Origin: Octopus sinensis
Taxonomy: Eukaryota
Direction of reading: 5' to 3'
Length of the DNA stretch: 64,000 nt
Assembly (NCBI RefSeq): GCF_006345805.1
Contig: NC_043006.1
Location: 93,744,001-93,808,000 of the forward strand
In this document: in pieces, positions 12,811 to 25,242 of the stretch
Layout: each line of letters opens with the position of its first letter
Numbering within the stretch: the stretch's first letter is position 1
Translations under genes and position numbers: made by a program
Notes under the pieces: model-generated
Databases searched by the model: none
What the model was told of the DNA's origin: nothing
What the model saw: only the letters and a program-made list of their open reading frames with translations

Positions 12811-13312
12811 ATTGAGTGAGAGAGTAAATCATGCCATCAAAGTGACACTGGGGTAAAATATACAAAGCTCATTATACCCACCATGACTACCCGTCTGATA
12901 AGGGTACATCAGGCACATGCATCACAACCATATGTGTACGGCATGCTGATCTTATATCAAGATTGTCAGCGCATGACCTTGCAGGTGGGGCCCAAAAGGT
13001 CTCTGAATAATGTTTGTTTAAGGATGATGAAAGAAACACGCATTTTTCCAAAGGTTAAATATTCACACTCCAAAATATCCCTTTCAACACATGGCTATGA
13101 TGCTTCCCCACTACTTCTGCTCGTGATCAGAGATGCACATGACATCATCTTTTAAGGGAAATGCTCAACGGGTTACGGTCAAACAACTGACAAGCAAATC
13201 TGTGGTACTGAGCAGAATATTTGCTGTAGCCCATCTTTTATACCAGGATAAAACAATGTACATGATAATACTTCCAATCAGTTAAGATCAGAAGCCATGA
13301 GATCCACTGCTT
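12811..13312 (-). mobile_element. ~540-bp (TAA)n-associated element, copy 2
   Basis: Similarity to the other three copies. (TTA)n lies immediately 5' on the + strand. Confidence 0.85.
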
Positions 13313-13734
13313 GAGGAGTGTTTCTATCGAGTTTATGTTTTGATTGCAAATTCCGCCGAGGAAGACTTTGCTTTCCATCTTTTCGAGATCGATGGAATAG
13401 TTTCCGGTCAAATCCTGGGGTCAATGTAATCGACCATTTTCTTCCCCACAAAACCGTTGGCCTTCTGACTAAATTTGAACTGTTATTATTACTGACAACC
13501 ATGAAATGGGTAGAGCATCTGAGAATCGACTTTATGGTCTGAATCGAAATACAGCCTCATCGATTTTATTGATTGTACACACACACACACACACACACAA
13601 TCAAACAAGCAAGAACACATACATACAAACACACAAACACATACAAGAAGTAGATCAAATAAGCACCAATTATAGAACGGAAGGCGATTCTGGTGACAAT
13701 ACTCATCAAATATACTCACCACCACCACCACCCG

Positions 13735-13767
<33 letters not shown>

Positions 13768-13859
13768 CATCGTCGTCATCGCCGCCGTCATCGTCGCGGT
13801 TGCTATCGTTATTCCTAGTTTCGCATCAGTAACTTCGATATATTGCGCCCTGCCTTCAA

Positions 13860-14230
13860 CATTAACACCACCACCACCACCACTATCACCACCACTATCA
13901 CCACCATCTCCACCACCACCACCACCACCACCACCAACCACTATCACCACCACCTCCACCATCACCACCACCACCGACATCACCACCACAGTAACTACCA
14001 CCAACACCATCACCACCACCACCACTACCACCACCACCACTATCGCCACAAACGATCCCCATCACCGTCACCTACCCCGACCCGTCATCATCATGTCATC
14101 ACCACCACCACCACCGACATCACCACCACCACCACCACCACTATCGCCACAAACGATCCCCATCACCGTCACCTACCCCGACCCATCATCATCATGTCAT
14201 CACCACCACCACCACCGCCACTACCACCAA
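13860..14230. repeat. (ACC)n/(ATC)n tract with a 101-bp tandem duplication
   Basis: CTATCGCCACAAACGATCCCC... occurs at 14040 and 14141. Confidence 0.85.
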
Positions 14231-14894
14231 AACGTAATTTCAGTTTCTTTTAATCCAGTCCCATCACCCTCCACCCCGAATACCGTCTCTTAATCTAACC
14301 CAACCCCACCCTTATGTACCCTTCTAAACTCACCCAGACATGTCCCCTTCCCCTCTCCCCTATACTACGACGACCACCACCACTCGTCATCCTCCCCCTC
14401 CTACCGCTCCTCCAACCCCCAATGAATCTATTGAGAAAAAGTGTTCTTTTTTATATACTTCTTTATTTGGCGTGCAACCGACACCCCGTGCACCTGCCGT
14501 TCGTGGCTCTTTCTTTTGTAGGGTATATGGAGGTGTGTGTGTGTGTGTGTATGTATGTGGATGTTTGTAGGTGGACGTACGTGTCAATGTGTCTGTGTGT
14601 AGCGTTGTATGCGTGTGTGTCGTTATGTGTGGGTGCGTGTGTGACACGATCATGTCTTGTGCCCCTGTGTTGTTATTTGTTTCTGTAGTTTAGGGTGTGT
14701 GTGTGTGATGTAGCACTGTGAGTGTGTATACATGCATTATCGCATGCTTGCTGAGTATGTGTGTGTGTGTGTGTAATGGTGTATGTGATTTTGTAAGTGT
14801 GCGTATGTGCTGATGTGTATGTGTGCGCATGTCTAGCATGTGTGTAAGAACATGCCGACATACGTGCGTGTGCGCACGCGCGTGTGTATTATTT

Positions 14895-15320
14895 TATTGT
14901 TTTACTTGTTTCAGTCATTCCTGACTGCGGGGCCATGCTGGAGCACCGCCTTAAAGAGGTTTTGTCGAAGAAATCGACTCCAGGCCTTTTTCTTTGTAAG
15001 CCTGGTACTTATACTATCGGTGTCTTTTGCCGAACTGCTAGATAACAGAGACATAAACATACCAGCATCGGTTACCAAGCGATGGCGGGGATGGGGTGGG
15101 AGAGACACACACAGACATACACAAACATATATACACACACACATAAAAAATATATATATACCCGGGATTCTTTCAATTTCCGTCTACAAAATCCACTCAC
15201 AAGGCTTTGATCGGCCCGAGGCTATAGTAGAAGACGCTTGCCTAAGGTGCCAGGTAGTGGGACTGAACCCAGAACTATGTGGTTTGGAAGCAAGCTTCTT
15301 CCCACACAGCCTGCGCCTGT
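14895..15320 (-). mobile_element. SINE family B (tRNA-like head, internal microsatellite, CR1-like tail)
   Basis: Reverse complement of the 34821-35238 family. Confidence 0.8.
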
Positions 15321-15419
15321 ATGTTTATATTGTTTATGTCAGTATCTGAGCGTGTTTTGTTGCTTTTGGAAAATCCACTCACAAGGGTTTGGTCGGCCCG
15401 AGATTATTTAGGAGTACTC

Positions 15420-15712
15420 CGTCGCTCACGACAACGAGAGTCCCTCACGAAATTAACGTGCAAATGGCTGAGCACTACATAGACTTGGGTACCATTAACG
15501 TATTTCGCAGAGAGATTCAGCGTGACACAGAGTGTGATAAGGCTGGTCCTTTGAAATACAGGTACTACTTATTTTTGCCATCTGAATGGAGCTGAGTGGG
15601 CTGGAGTAACATGAAAATAAAGTGTCTTGCTCAAGGACACAACGCGTCATCGGGAATTGAATTCACGACCTCACGATAACGAGCCGAATGCCCTAACCAC
15701 TAAGCTATGCGC
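15420..15712 (-). mobile_element. SINE family C (tRNA-like head, CTTGAGCAAGACAC core)
   Basis: Minus strand GCATAGCTTAGTGGTTAGGG...GTGAATTCAATTCCC...GTGTCCTTGAGCAAGACAC. Related pieces lie at 22690-22830(+), 50645-50800(-) and 58085-58240(+). Confidence 0.75.
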
Positions 15713-15878
15713 CCGAGGCTATAGTAGAAGAGAGTTGCCGAAGGTGCCCGCACAGTGGGACTGAACCCGGGACCATGTGGTTGGGAAGCAAGCTTTTTAC
15801 CACAAACCCCGCTTAAGGGAGAACAAATGCAGACACAAAGACGAGCATATAAGTATATGAGTGCATACGCTTGAGTGT

Positions 15879-15923
<45 letters not shown>

Positions 15924-16754
15924 CGCAGGCATGTCTTTGTGGTAAGAAGCTTGCTTCCCAACCATATGGTTCTGGTTTCAGTCCCACTGTGTGGCATTTT
16001 GGTCAAGTGCTTTCTACTCTAGCCTTAGGCCGACCAAAGCCCTTGTGAGTGGATTTGGTAGACGGAAACTGAAACAAGCCCGTCGCGTGTGTATCTATAC
16101 ATATAATACAGTGTGTTGCATAAGTTCTGCAATTTTAACTGGAGCCTCAAAAAGACATGTTAAGATCCACAAAGATCAGAACTTAACTGCAGGTCTTGGT
16201 GGTCCAAATCGTATAGCAAATTCCCTCAGGAGGAATTGATCGGCGCGGGGCCCAAATAGGAACCAATTGTCCGAGGTTAAATGCAGTGAGACTCAACCTG
16301 AAAACATGCGGTTGCAAAAGTGATCCCCTCTCAACCACTTAGTCATGCTTGTGTCCATTTGTGTTTCAAGAGTATTCGTGTCGTGATCTTAAGGTTGTGG
16401 CTTCTAACACAAGGCTGGGCAGCGTGTTGTATCTCCTAAACAAAGCACACCATTTCCTGTTGCTCTCAACTTTAAACATGTCAATGACTATCAGCCGGAT
16501 GTATCTGCTTCGCTCCCTCCACCCCCTCTCTCTGTCTGCAGATGTCGTATCATGCATTAGCTACTAAGTCAAGGTCAACGAGGGCGACATAAAGGTGTCC
16601 AGATTACACAGGTACCTAAAAAGTTTGATGAAGGCATGGTAGAAGCTACGAAAGCGTGCCGCCTGTACACATGCTCGCAAATGAGGATTCACCACTGCTT
16701 TGTAATTCAGCAGTTCATTGTGAAGCAGACCCCTGTTCACACACACACACACAC

Positions 16755-16799
<45 letters not shown>

Positions 16800-16849
16800 C
16801 ACACACACATGCACACACATAAGTATATATATATGTATATATATAAAAT

Positions 16850-17150
16850 ACAAAATGGGACAAGAACGCAAAACATCCAGAAGACGATACAAAAAACACG
16901 GACGGGTCATTCGAAGCCTTTAATCTTCAGTCAAGAACCAGATCATCCTCGCAATTTCGGCTGATTAATCTTGAGATTGCTCCAATCTGGCCAGCCCCAA
17001 GGAAAACTAAGCTAAGAGCATTAGATTCCTTCGAAAATAGCTTCGAGTATACACGAAACAAGGACGGAAAAACGGACGATCTTACACGAATATAAATACA
17101 AAAATAATACGAGAAAACAATAATAATAACAGGACATCACAACAGGCGTC
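16850..17150 (-). mobile_element. ~300-bp non-coding element carrying a permuted hammerhead-like motif, copy A
   Basis: Shares CTAAGCTAAGAGCA(T/C)TAGATT, CCAGAT...ATCTGG and GGTCATTCG with 20720-21050 and 50095-50420. Abuts (TA)n. Confidence 0.75.
16915..16990 (-). ncRNA. Candidate non-circularly permuted hammerhead ribozyme, copy A
   Basis: GCAA-T-C-TCAAGA ... AGCC-GAAA-TTGC ... TCTTGA-CTGAAGA-TTAAA-GGCT. Stems I and III are perfect and covary in copy B. Confidence 0.55.
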
Positions 17151-17154
17151 ATAT

Positions 17155-18010
17155 ATATATGGGTAAATTGTCGCCATATTATATGTTTAATTTCACGCAT
17201 GCGCATTGTTTTTGATTTTGTTGATTACAAAATATAGAAGGGTCAGTTGGGCACCGTCATGATGCAATTCCATCTGCCAGAAATTTGGAAACGGCATGCT
17301 CTGCTGCTTGGCATTTGCACTGGAAAATCCAATACGAACATTTCAGAGTGTTTGGATGTCAATCTGAGGACAGTGCAGTCTAAGGACATGAACCGAGAGT
17401 GATAAAAATCAAACATCCAGTCAATATCATGGTGTTTGGAGTGATCAGTAGTGATGGTGACGTTATGCCTCCATTCATCTTTCCACACGACCTCAGTCAC
17501 AACATGGAGGTCTACATCAAGTGCCTGAAGGAGATAATTAGCTTTGGGTAGAGGGTGGCTGCTGGAACATCTTGTATCTAGCAACAGGACTCTGCTCCAT
17601 GCCACACAAGCAGGAGAAGGCAGTCATGGTTGCCAGACAACTTCTGCGACCACATCATCCTTAAAATCTGCCCACCTAACTTCCCAGACTGCAACCCCCT
17701 TGATTATTATGTGTGAGCGCAGTTGAGCGAGAAACCAACAACACTCCTCGTAACACCAAAGATGAACTGAAGGCAAGGATTATGGCAGAATTCACCAACT
17801 TAAAGGAGACCGTCCAGAAGAGTTGTAGGAGATTCCAAAATTGTCTGGAGGCTGTGGTTGAAGCCAATGGGGAATTTATCGGATAAATTTATTCTTTAGT
17901 ATTTCAAGATACTTTTATGTAATTTTGGTAAATATATCTATTAAAATGAGATGTCAGTATTATTTTCATTTTTGCGTAATTTAGACGACAATATATTCAC
18001 CTGTATATAT
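17155..18010 (+). mobile_element. Internally deleted Tc1/mariner-superfamily element, maT (DD37D) type
   Basis: KHPVNIMVFGVISSDGDVMPPFIF and QQDSAPCH...PPNFPDCNPLDYYV, with 37 residues between the 2nd and 3rd catalytic D. Stops are present and the TIR-like ends are degenerate. Confidence 0.8.
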
Positions 18011-18050
18011 ATATATTATGCAGCACTTTGTATATATACACCGCACCCTG

Positions 18051-18081
<31 letters not shown>

Positions 18082-18083
18082 TA

Positions 18084-18120
<37 letters not shown>

Positions 18121-19129
18121 ATATAATATAAATATATATATAATTATGCAGCCGCACTCTGTAATATACACCGCACCTTGTATGTATATATATATATATA
18201 TATATATATGCATATGCATTTGAAGTTACAAATGAGAGAAAGAGCACGCAATGCACGTGTTAAAGTATAGTTTCATGATAACAACTGAGGACTTACTTCG
18301 TTGTTATATAACAATTGCATTACAACAGATAGCTTTCTGTTACTGATTCCCGCCACGTGTAATTGTCCAGGCATTCATAAAGTGATTTATATTTTCTTGC
18401 CTGAACGGTCATACGTGGCACGAAACATAGAAGTGAATCTAATATTTGTAATTTAGCAAGTTTCAGTTTTACCTCATTACAGAAAAAAAATTCGCAACAT
18501 GTATGAGAGAGAGAGAGAGAGAGAGAGAGAGTGTGTGTGTGTGTGTGTGGTGTGTGTGTGCGTGCGTTTGTATGTGTGAGTGTGTAGACGCGCGATTGTT
18601 TACTTATGTTATATTGATTGTAATAGCCTTAAAATTTATAAATGTATAGAACTCCATGGAAATTCTTGGATATCCAAATATCAGTCGAGCATTATCTGAC
18701 CCCTAGCGTTATACGCATATGAATAATGTGTGTATTCAAAGACAGAATAAAACAAGAGAGTTCATTGTGGAGTCTTTAATACAGCAGCGTGGATTATTTA
18801 ATCTTACTCGTGTTCTACTGGTGAAAGCATTATGTTATGTGATAATCGTTACGTAAGCTTTTGCATTATAGATTTGAAACGCCAAATCTTCAGAGGAATT
18901 TTATGGTTTTGCTGTGAATAACTTCCGTGTTTCAGTAATAAACTTTAAGAATTATAACTTTCTTTTTCAGGTTGGACTATTAAAAGATACAATAAATAGA
19001 TAAATTTTCTTTCCATAAACCTAATGTAAGTCCTATTTAAATTTGCAAATATACTAACCACCCAAAATCAATAAGAGATTTTATAAGGAATATATCTCTT
19101 AGAATGCCAATATATCTTCGTTTTATAAT

Positions 19130-19680
19130 GATGCTCTGTTGAAGACAGGTTTTGAAGATTAGATTTAATTTATCCTTTCTATCGAGAGAGGAAGTCTTAA
19201 TATATAAATTCTAAATATGATGTATATGAAATATAGCAATACTTCATAGAACCCCTTGACACAATGTTTCAAATCTTTGAAAATGCAAATAAATGAAATT
19301 AACGATATTTCCTGTGTAAACACATCCAATGTAACTCCTGGAATTGATAATGTAAATATCAGTAGATGTAGAAATAAAAAATAATAAAAATCTTGGTAGC
19401 ACCATGAATGAAACGGTTAACTTTATAGTTTGCTAAAAATTTAGAAAAATTGCCAAAAGAAACTGACGAAAATAAATCAGTTGAAAGTGAATAGGTACCT
19501 AAGCATTGAGCTAAAAACAGTTAATAATACAAACATATTAAAACTTGGTATCAAGCTGAATCCAACATATTACGAATGCAAAAAGTTCCAGTATAAAATG
19601 CAGGATAAGTTACAATATCATCCGTATCTGAGGGAGAATACTCTAGCAACACATTCTCAAAAATACGCACGAAAGTAAGG
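19130..19680 (+). pseudogene. Possible highly decayed hAT transposase C-terminus
   Basis: Weak motifs across frames: VNRYLSIELK, TWYQAES and TISSVSE, resembling the hAT dimerisation region. Confidence 0.25.
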
Positions 19681-20334
19681 AGCTAGTAAATAGACACAAG
19701 GAGATATAGCTGTAAGACCAGGTGCCTCTTGATGAAGGGAGCCGGTCTTATAATAATATCTCTGTGTGGCTGTTTATTGGTTTCACCCAAGACTCTTTGT
19801 ATATAACTTTTGCAAATTAGGAACATTAAGATTACTTCGGAATTCCGAGCTTCCTAAAACAGCTGTCGAGTTAAGAGTTAAGAAATTATGTTTTCTTTTC
19901 GTATTATTCTGTATTTCTTTTATGCTCCATGTAATTATATTTGTGTGTATATGTATATGTATTTGTTTATCTTTATGAATATATGCAGCTATATGTATCT
20001 ATGAATATCTACATGTATCCATCTATATCTATATATAATTATATGTGTGAATGTACTGTATGCATGTCTATATATGTATATATATATATATGCCATGTCT
20101 AATTCTGTTTATCTGCCTCACTACCTCGTCTCAGCTTGTCCCGGGTTTCTCTTACAGTCGCTCTTGATGCCGTGAACCTAGTCGTGGATGAAAAATTCGG
20201 AGTTTAAGCTTTTATGTTCAAATTCATTTGAGCACTGCTACGTGTTTTCTATACTAAACATATCTAGCTCTCACGTATTGTCTGTCTGACTGTCTGTCAG
20301 TATTTAGATATATGTATCTCCATCAAAATACAGC

Positions 20335-20623
20335 ACCAGATACTGCAACTGTTTGGGTTTCGAGGGCACACAGCTCTTCAATACCCTTTCAAAATTACTG
20401 AGGTTCCTGCATGGGGTGGGTGTAGGTGTCTTCAAAACAAAACAAGATATCCTCCTGTCAAGCGTTCCAGATGAGCCGACATCTCAGCAGGAAACACAGA
20501 TGAGGGCAGCGGCATCAAACTCCCTCATTCACCTAATGCCACATATTAGAGGGGGTTTCAGATAATGATGTAGCACAGTCAATGATGGTGCCCAAGTATG
20601 ACCGTAGCTTTGAAGCTGAAACA

Positions 20624-20625
<2 letters not shown>
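20335..20625 (+). mobile_element. CR1-like LINE 3' end fragment
   Basis: GTQLFNTLSKLLR...FKTKQDILLSSVPDEP...RAAASNSL, then the tail GATGGTGCCCAAGTATGACCGTAGCTTTGAAGCTGAAAC. Confidence 0.75.
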
Positions 20626-20706
<81 letters not shown>

Positions 20707-20719
20707 TATATATACATAT

Positions 20720-21050
20720 ATATAATGGAACAAAAACGCAATAGAGAACAATAAAACATCCGGACCTATAGACGATACAAAGGCGGACAGGAAAAACAAC
20801 AGTTAGAGGGACAGGAAAAAATGACTGGTCATTCGTGGCCCTCTTTCGTCAGTCAAGTTACCAGATGTCTTTACAGTTTCGGGCAATTACACTTAAGACT
20901 GTTCGATCTGGCTGCCCACCGCCCCACTGTCCCAAAGTCTAAGCTAAGAGCATTAGATTTTTTGTATGAAAGCAGGCGAATGTGTACAACAAAAACAAAA
21001 AAACGGAGAACATGATACACAGTTACAAATACAAACAACATACACACACA
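20720..21050 (-). mobile_element. Permuted-hammerhead element, copy B (diverged subfamily)
   Basis: Motif at 20838-20911 with core CTGACGA and a GUC site. (TA)n lies at the same end as in copies A and C. Confidence 0.7.
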
Positions 21051-21071
21051 TATATAGATGTAATAGTATTA

Positions 21072-21266
21072 ATTAATAGTAGATGGCTTTCGTAGTAGAC
21101 GTTTATTAGGTGCAGCATATGTTTCGTCCCATCAGTCTGGGTCCTTGTAGTTACATTGATAAAGATGTTCCACTAGGGATTTTTAGTGTCGGCTGAGTTG
21201 TTGTGTGGGTCGAGACGTATGCTGTACCCAATAACGATCTAATAGGAAACCCATCTACTTATTAAT
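21072..21266. repeat. Aged foldback (~55-bp arms, ~80% identity) containing GAAACATATG hammerhead remnants
   Basis: Manual alignment of 21072-21126 with the reverse complement of 21211-21266. Confidence 0.65.
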
Positions 21267-22626
21267 ATTATTTCCCTAAATGCCACTGGAGAGTTCCCGG
21301 AGTAGATCCAGCGGTAGTGTACCACAAATGCGGATGACAGCTAGTATAAACACACACATAAACTCGCATACACATATATATTTAGTGTTTTGGGGTCTAT
21401 AACTTTATTTTTTATCACATGAAGCACTGCTACAAAAATCGGCTATCAGAAAATGGGTAACGTTTTCACTCTACCACTCAAATTATCTGATGTATAATGA
21501 CGTTCTCAGAGAATGAAGTTAGCAGGCCATTTTGACACATTGTTTACTATCGTTTCATCGTTACTCAATATATTCAATCTTGCATAATGCTGTAACCATT
21601 CCGACAACTGTTAATTTTCATGTAGAATTTCTTTTATAATACATGTTGAACAGAATATAATATGCTGCTTTGTCTCTAAAATCTAAATAAATATACATCA
21701 AGTTGTACCGATTTTCATGATCAAATGTTTGTTTAATTAGAAGTCGGGATGGTCATAGCAAGAACACTTTTGATAATAGATCTACGTAACAAATGCTGCC
21801 CTCTTCACTAGCACGTTCAGTTATTTCACTCATCCTAATCACTCACTGACCCATTCTTTCTCCTCCTCGTTATCTCCTTCCCTCCCTCCCTCACTCATCC
21901 ACTCTCTCACACCCGCCATTCATGCAATCCCCTCTTCCGTCATTGCCACCCTCTATCCCTCACTCGTTTGTTCCGTCCTCAATAATGGCGCTAAAGAAGG
22001 GTCATTGAGTTACTCTAGAAAATCTTCTTTCCATAACTTCACACATGGTGTCATTAAGAAGCGCGCGCGCACACACCACACACACACACCACGCACACAC
22101 AACATTCAAGCGTACTCATATGATACTCAAACGCACACACACCGACACACAAATCCATGAAGCTTTTCCGTCTCTGCTTAAATGCAGACGTTATTGTTGG
22201 ATGCAATCGCTTGTGTTACTTTGATCGTGAAAAGATGCTTTCATTCGGCAATTACAAAACGTTTCCCAACTCAAAACTCATACAACAATGGCCACAACAG
22301 ACGCTTTTGCATTTGTCTTGCTTTTCTATTAAAGATATTTCACTATCTTCTCAAACACATTTTATTACCGCTGTTGCGGTCTCTTAACCTCACGGATTGG
22401 GCCCATAATTGTTGGAGCGGCAGAGAAAATGTTTTGCGCTGTTTGTTCCCGCTCTTTACATTCTGGGCCCAAATGCCGCCATGTTAAGATCAAAATACAT
22501 CGTAACTGGTCGCATGCACGCGCGTACACATACACACACACACACATACACACACACACACAACACTGGAACAGATGCATTTTATATACACATATACATA
22601 CACAGACAACCGGATCAGATGTATTT

Positions 22627-22678
<52 letters not shown>

Positions 22679-23229
22679 CACACACAATATGGAGGTGCGT
22701 AGCTTAATGATTAGGGCTTTTGATTCTATGAGCGTAAGAATGTTGTTTCGATTCCTGGACGCGTTGTGTCCTTGAGCAAAACACTTCATTTCACGGTGCA
22801 CCAGTCCACTTGGCTGGCAAAAATGCATAATGCGGCGACAGATCGGTGTTCCGTCCAGTGAGAAATATATTTGCCCTATGAGTCTTTATGACTCGTGAAA
22901 TATGCTGAGTATAGAAAATTCATAATATTTCTCGAATGAATTAAATTCCGACTTTCTCTAAAGCAAGGTCGCAGCCTCACAAGTGGCTATAAGAGAAATC
23001 CGAATAGATTTGATAATTGTTGAAAATCAGATGGCTCGTGTTTAAGTCACTAACACTGCTGAACGTTTTTAATCTTTCGAGAGGTACAGTTTCTGAAGTC
23101 GTGTTGACATTTGAAGACCAAGGTAAAACTAACTTTGGAAGGCATAATTCTGGAAGGAAAGTTCACACAGCGGGATCACAGAATAGCGAAATGTATTGTC
23201 TAAAAGCCATTGAACTACGGCATCGAAAG

Positions 23230-24030
23230 TGACAGAAGAGCTAAGCCACTTTGGGTCAACTGTTCCCTGTGAGCTTTATAGAGCTAGATACCATAGGAGG
23301 GCTGCAATTGGTAAACCTCTCCTGTTCTCCCATCAATATTGATTAACAGGAAAAAATGGCTTCTAGACTACTAGAAATAGTCAACAGCGCAGTGTAACAA
23401 CTTCATCTTATCCGATTAACCATCTCGTTTCCTGCATTAAAGCGAGTTTCTCTATGGAGGGCGCAAGAAGCCTTCAACCCTTGTTTGGTTCTTACCATGA
23501 ACCACGGAGGTGACACTGTGATGAATTGGTCAGAGCCATATCAGGGAATTCTCTTAACCCTCTTGGCTGTTCTACATGGTAGAATTATCTCAGTATTTTA
23601 GTTGATTATGTCCATCCTATGCAACAATCATTGTTCCCTGATGGTAACGGAATCTTCTAGGACGGTAATGCTTCAATTAACATAGATAATGTTATTCAAA
23701 TTGGTACTAAAAGAACAAAAGTGAAGTAAAACCCTTTAATTAACCTCCACACTCACCGGGTTTCAATATAATTGATCATTTACGGGGTATTTTCGAGCAG
23801 CAGTAGAGACACACCCACCTCCACCATCACAGGCTCTGAAAAAAGATAAAACAGGTTTTACTTGAAGAATGGCTCACAATTCTCCTATCAACTGTGCAGA
23901 ATCTATTGTGAGTCAATTCCTCGTCGTATTAAAGTTCTGATGTGATGCCTAAGGTGGACTAACTTCGTATCAAATAATAAACCTTCCATTCAACAAGGTG
24001 CTTTCATTAATTTATCGAAGCCTGTATATA
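23230..24030 (+). mobile_element. Decayed Tc1 transposase fragments
   Basis: RARYHRRAAIGKPLL, VHPMQQSLFPDGNGIF*DGNA, PPHSPGFNIIDHL and ESIPRRIK..GG, with stops and frameshifts. Confidence 0.7.
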
Positions 24031-24274
24031 CAAACAATTGTCGTTAATTAGAATGAAAATGGCAATTCTCTCAAACTTCTATCAAATAATTATCAATTCC
24101 ATTTTCTAATATATTTCCATTGCGAGACTCTCAATCACAAGCTTCAATGTTTATGTCTATACCAATCATTTCGAAATGTTGACTAAATTTAATGAATATT
24201 TAATACTTGAAAGTAAAAATCCTTTTCATCAGTTATCGAAATTGTTGTTTCACCGTTTATTATTATTCATTTAG

Positions 24275-24660
24275 GAGGGCAGCGAGCTGGCAGAAACGTT
24301 AGCACGCCGGGCGAAATGCTTCGCGGTATTTCGTCTGCCGCTACGTTCTGAGTTCAAATTCCGCCGGGGTCGACTTTACCTTTCATCATTTCGGAGTCGA
24401 TTGAATAAGTACCAGTTACGCACTGGGATCGATATAATCGACTTAATCCGTTTGTCCTTGTTTGTCCTCTCTGTGTTTAGCTCCTTGTGGGTAGTAAAGA
24501 AATAGGTATTTCGCCGGTGTTACGTTCTGGGTTCAAATTCTGCCGAGGTCGATTTTACCTTTCATCGTTTCGGGATCGGCAAAATAAGTACCAGTAAAAC
24601 ACTGGGGTCGATGTAATCGACTTAACCCCTGCCCCAGATTTGAGGCCCTGGACCTATCGT
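24275..24660 (+). mobile_element. SINE family A dimer with tail-to-internal junction
   Basis: GGTATTTCG occurs at 24325 and 24505. The second follows the tail AAAGAAATA directly. Confidence 0.85.
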
Positions 24661-24904
24661 AGAAAGGGTTTTTATTCATATATTTCTGGTGACCCTGGTT
24701 CCCCTAAATATCTCAATAGAACGAACACCAGCAAGCGAAAATTCTTCGATTCTAGCATTGTCCCGTTGCGGCTGTGTGGTAAGAAGCTTGCTTCCCAGCT
24801 GTACGATTCCGGGTTCAGTCCCACTGCATGGCACCTCAAGCAAGTGTCGTCTACTATAGCCTTGAGCCCATAGACGGGAACTGAAAGAAGCTCATCGTAC
24901 ATAT

Positions 24905-25171
24905 TCTTTTACTCTTTAATTTGTTTCAGGCATTTGACTGTGACCATGTTGGAGCACCGCCTTTAGTAGAACGAATCGACCCCTGGACTCATTGTTTGTA
25001 AGCCTAGTATTTATTCTATCAGTTACTTTTGCCGAACCGCTAGATAACGGGAACGTAAATATATCAACATCGGTTGTCAAGCGATGGTGGGCGGACAAAC
25101 ACAGACACCCAAATACATACATACACACACATACATACACACATACACACACACATACATACATACATACA

Positions 25172-25242
<71 letters not shown>

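Noticed and set aside
13843-14253. Poly-His/Thr/Pro ORFs, and similar poly-V/G ORFs at 8195-8550, 51247-51630 and 56371-56913
   Set aside because: Trinucleotide microsatellite translations with no domain or splice support.
16940-16990. Twister-ribozyme interpretation of the CTYAAG loop
   Set aside because: It lacks the twister L1 UAA/GAG elements and P4 geometry. The hammerhead core assignment explains all conserved positions better.
18971-19025. Exon-like segment between TTTTTCAG and GTAAG
   Set aside because: Stops in all three frames. It could only be non-coding, and there is no other support.
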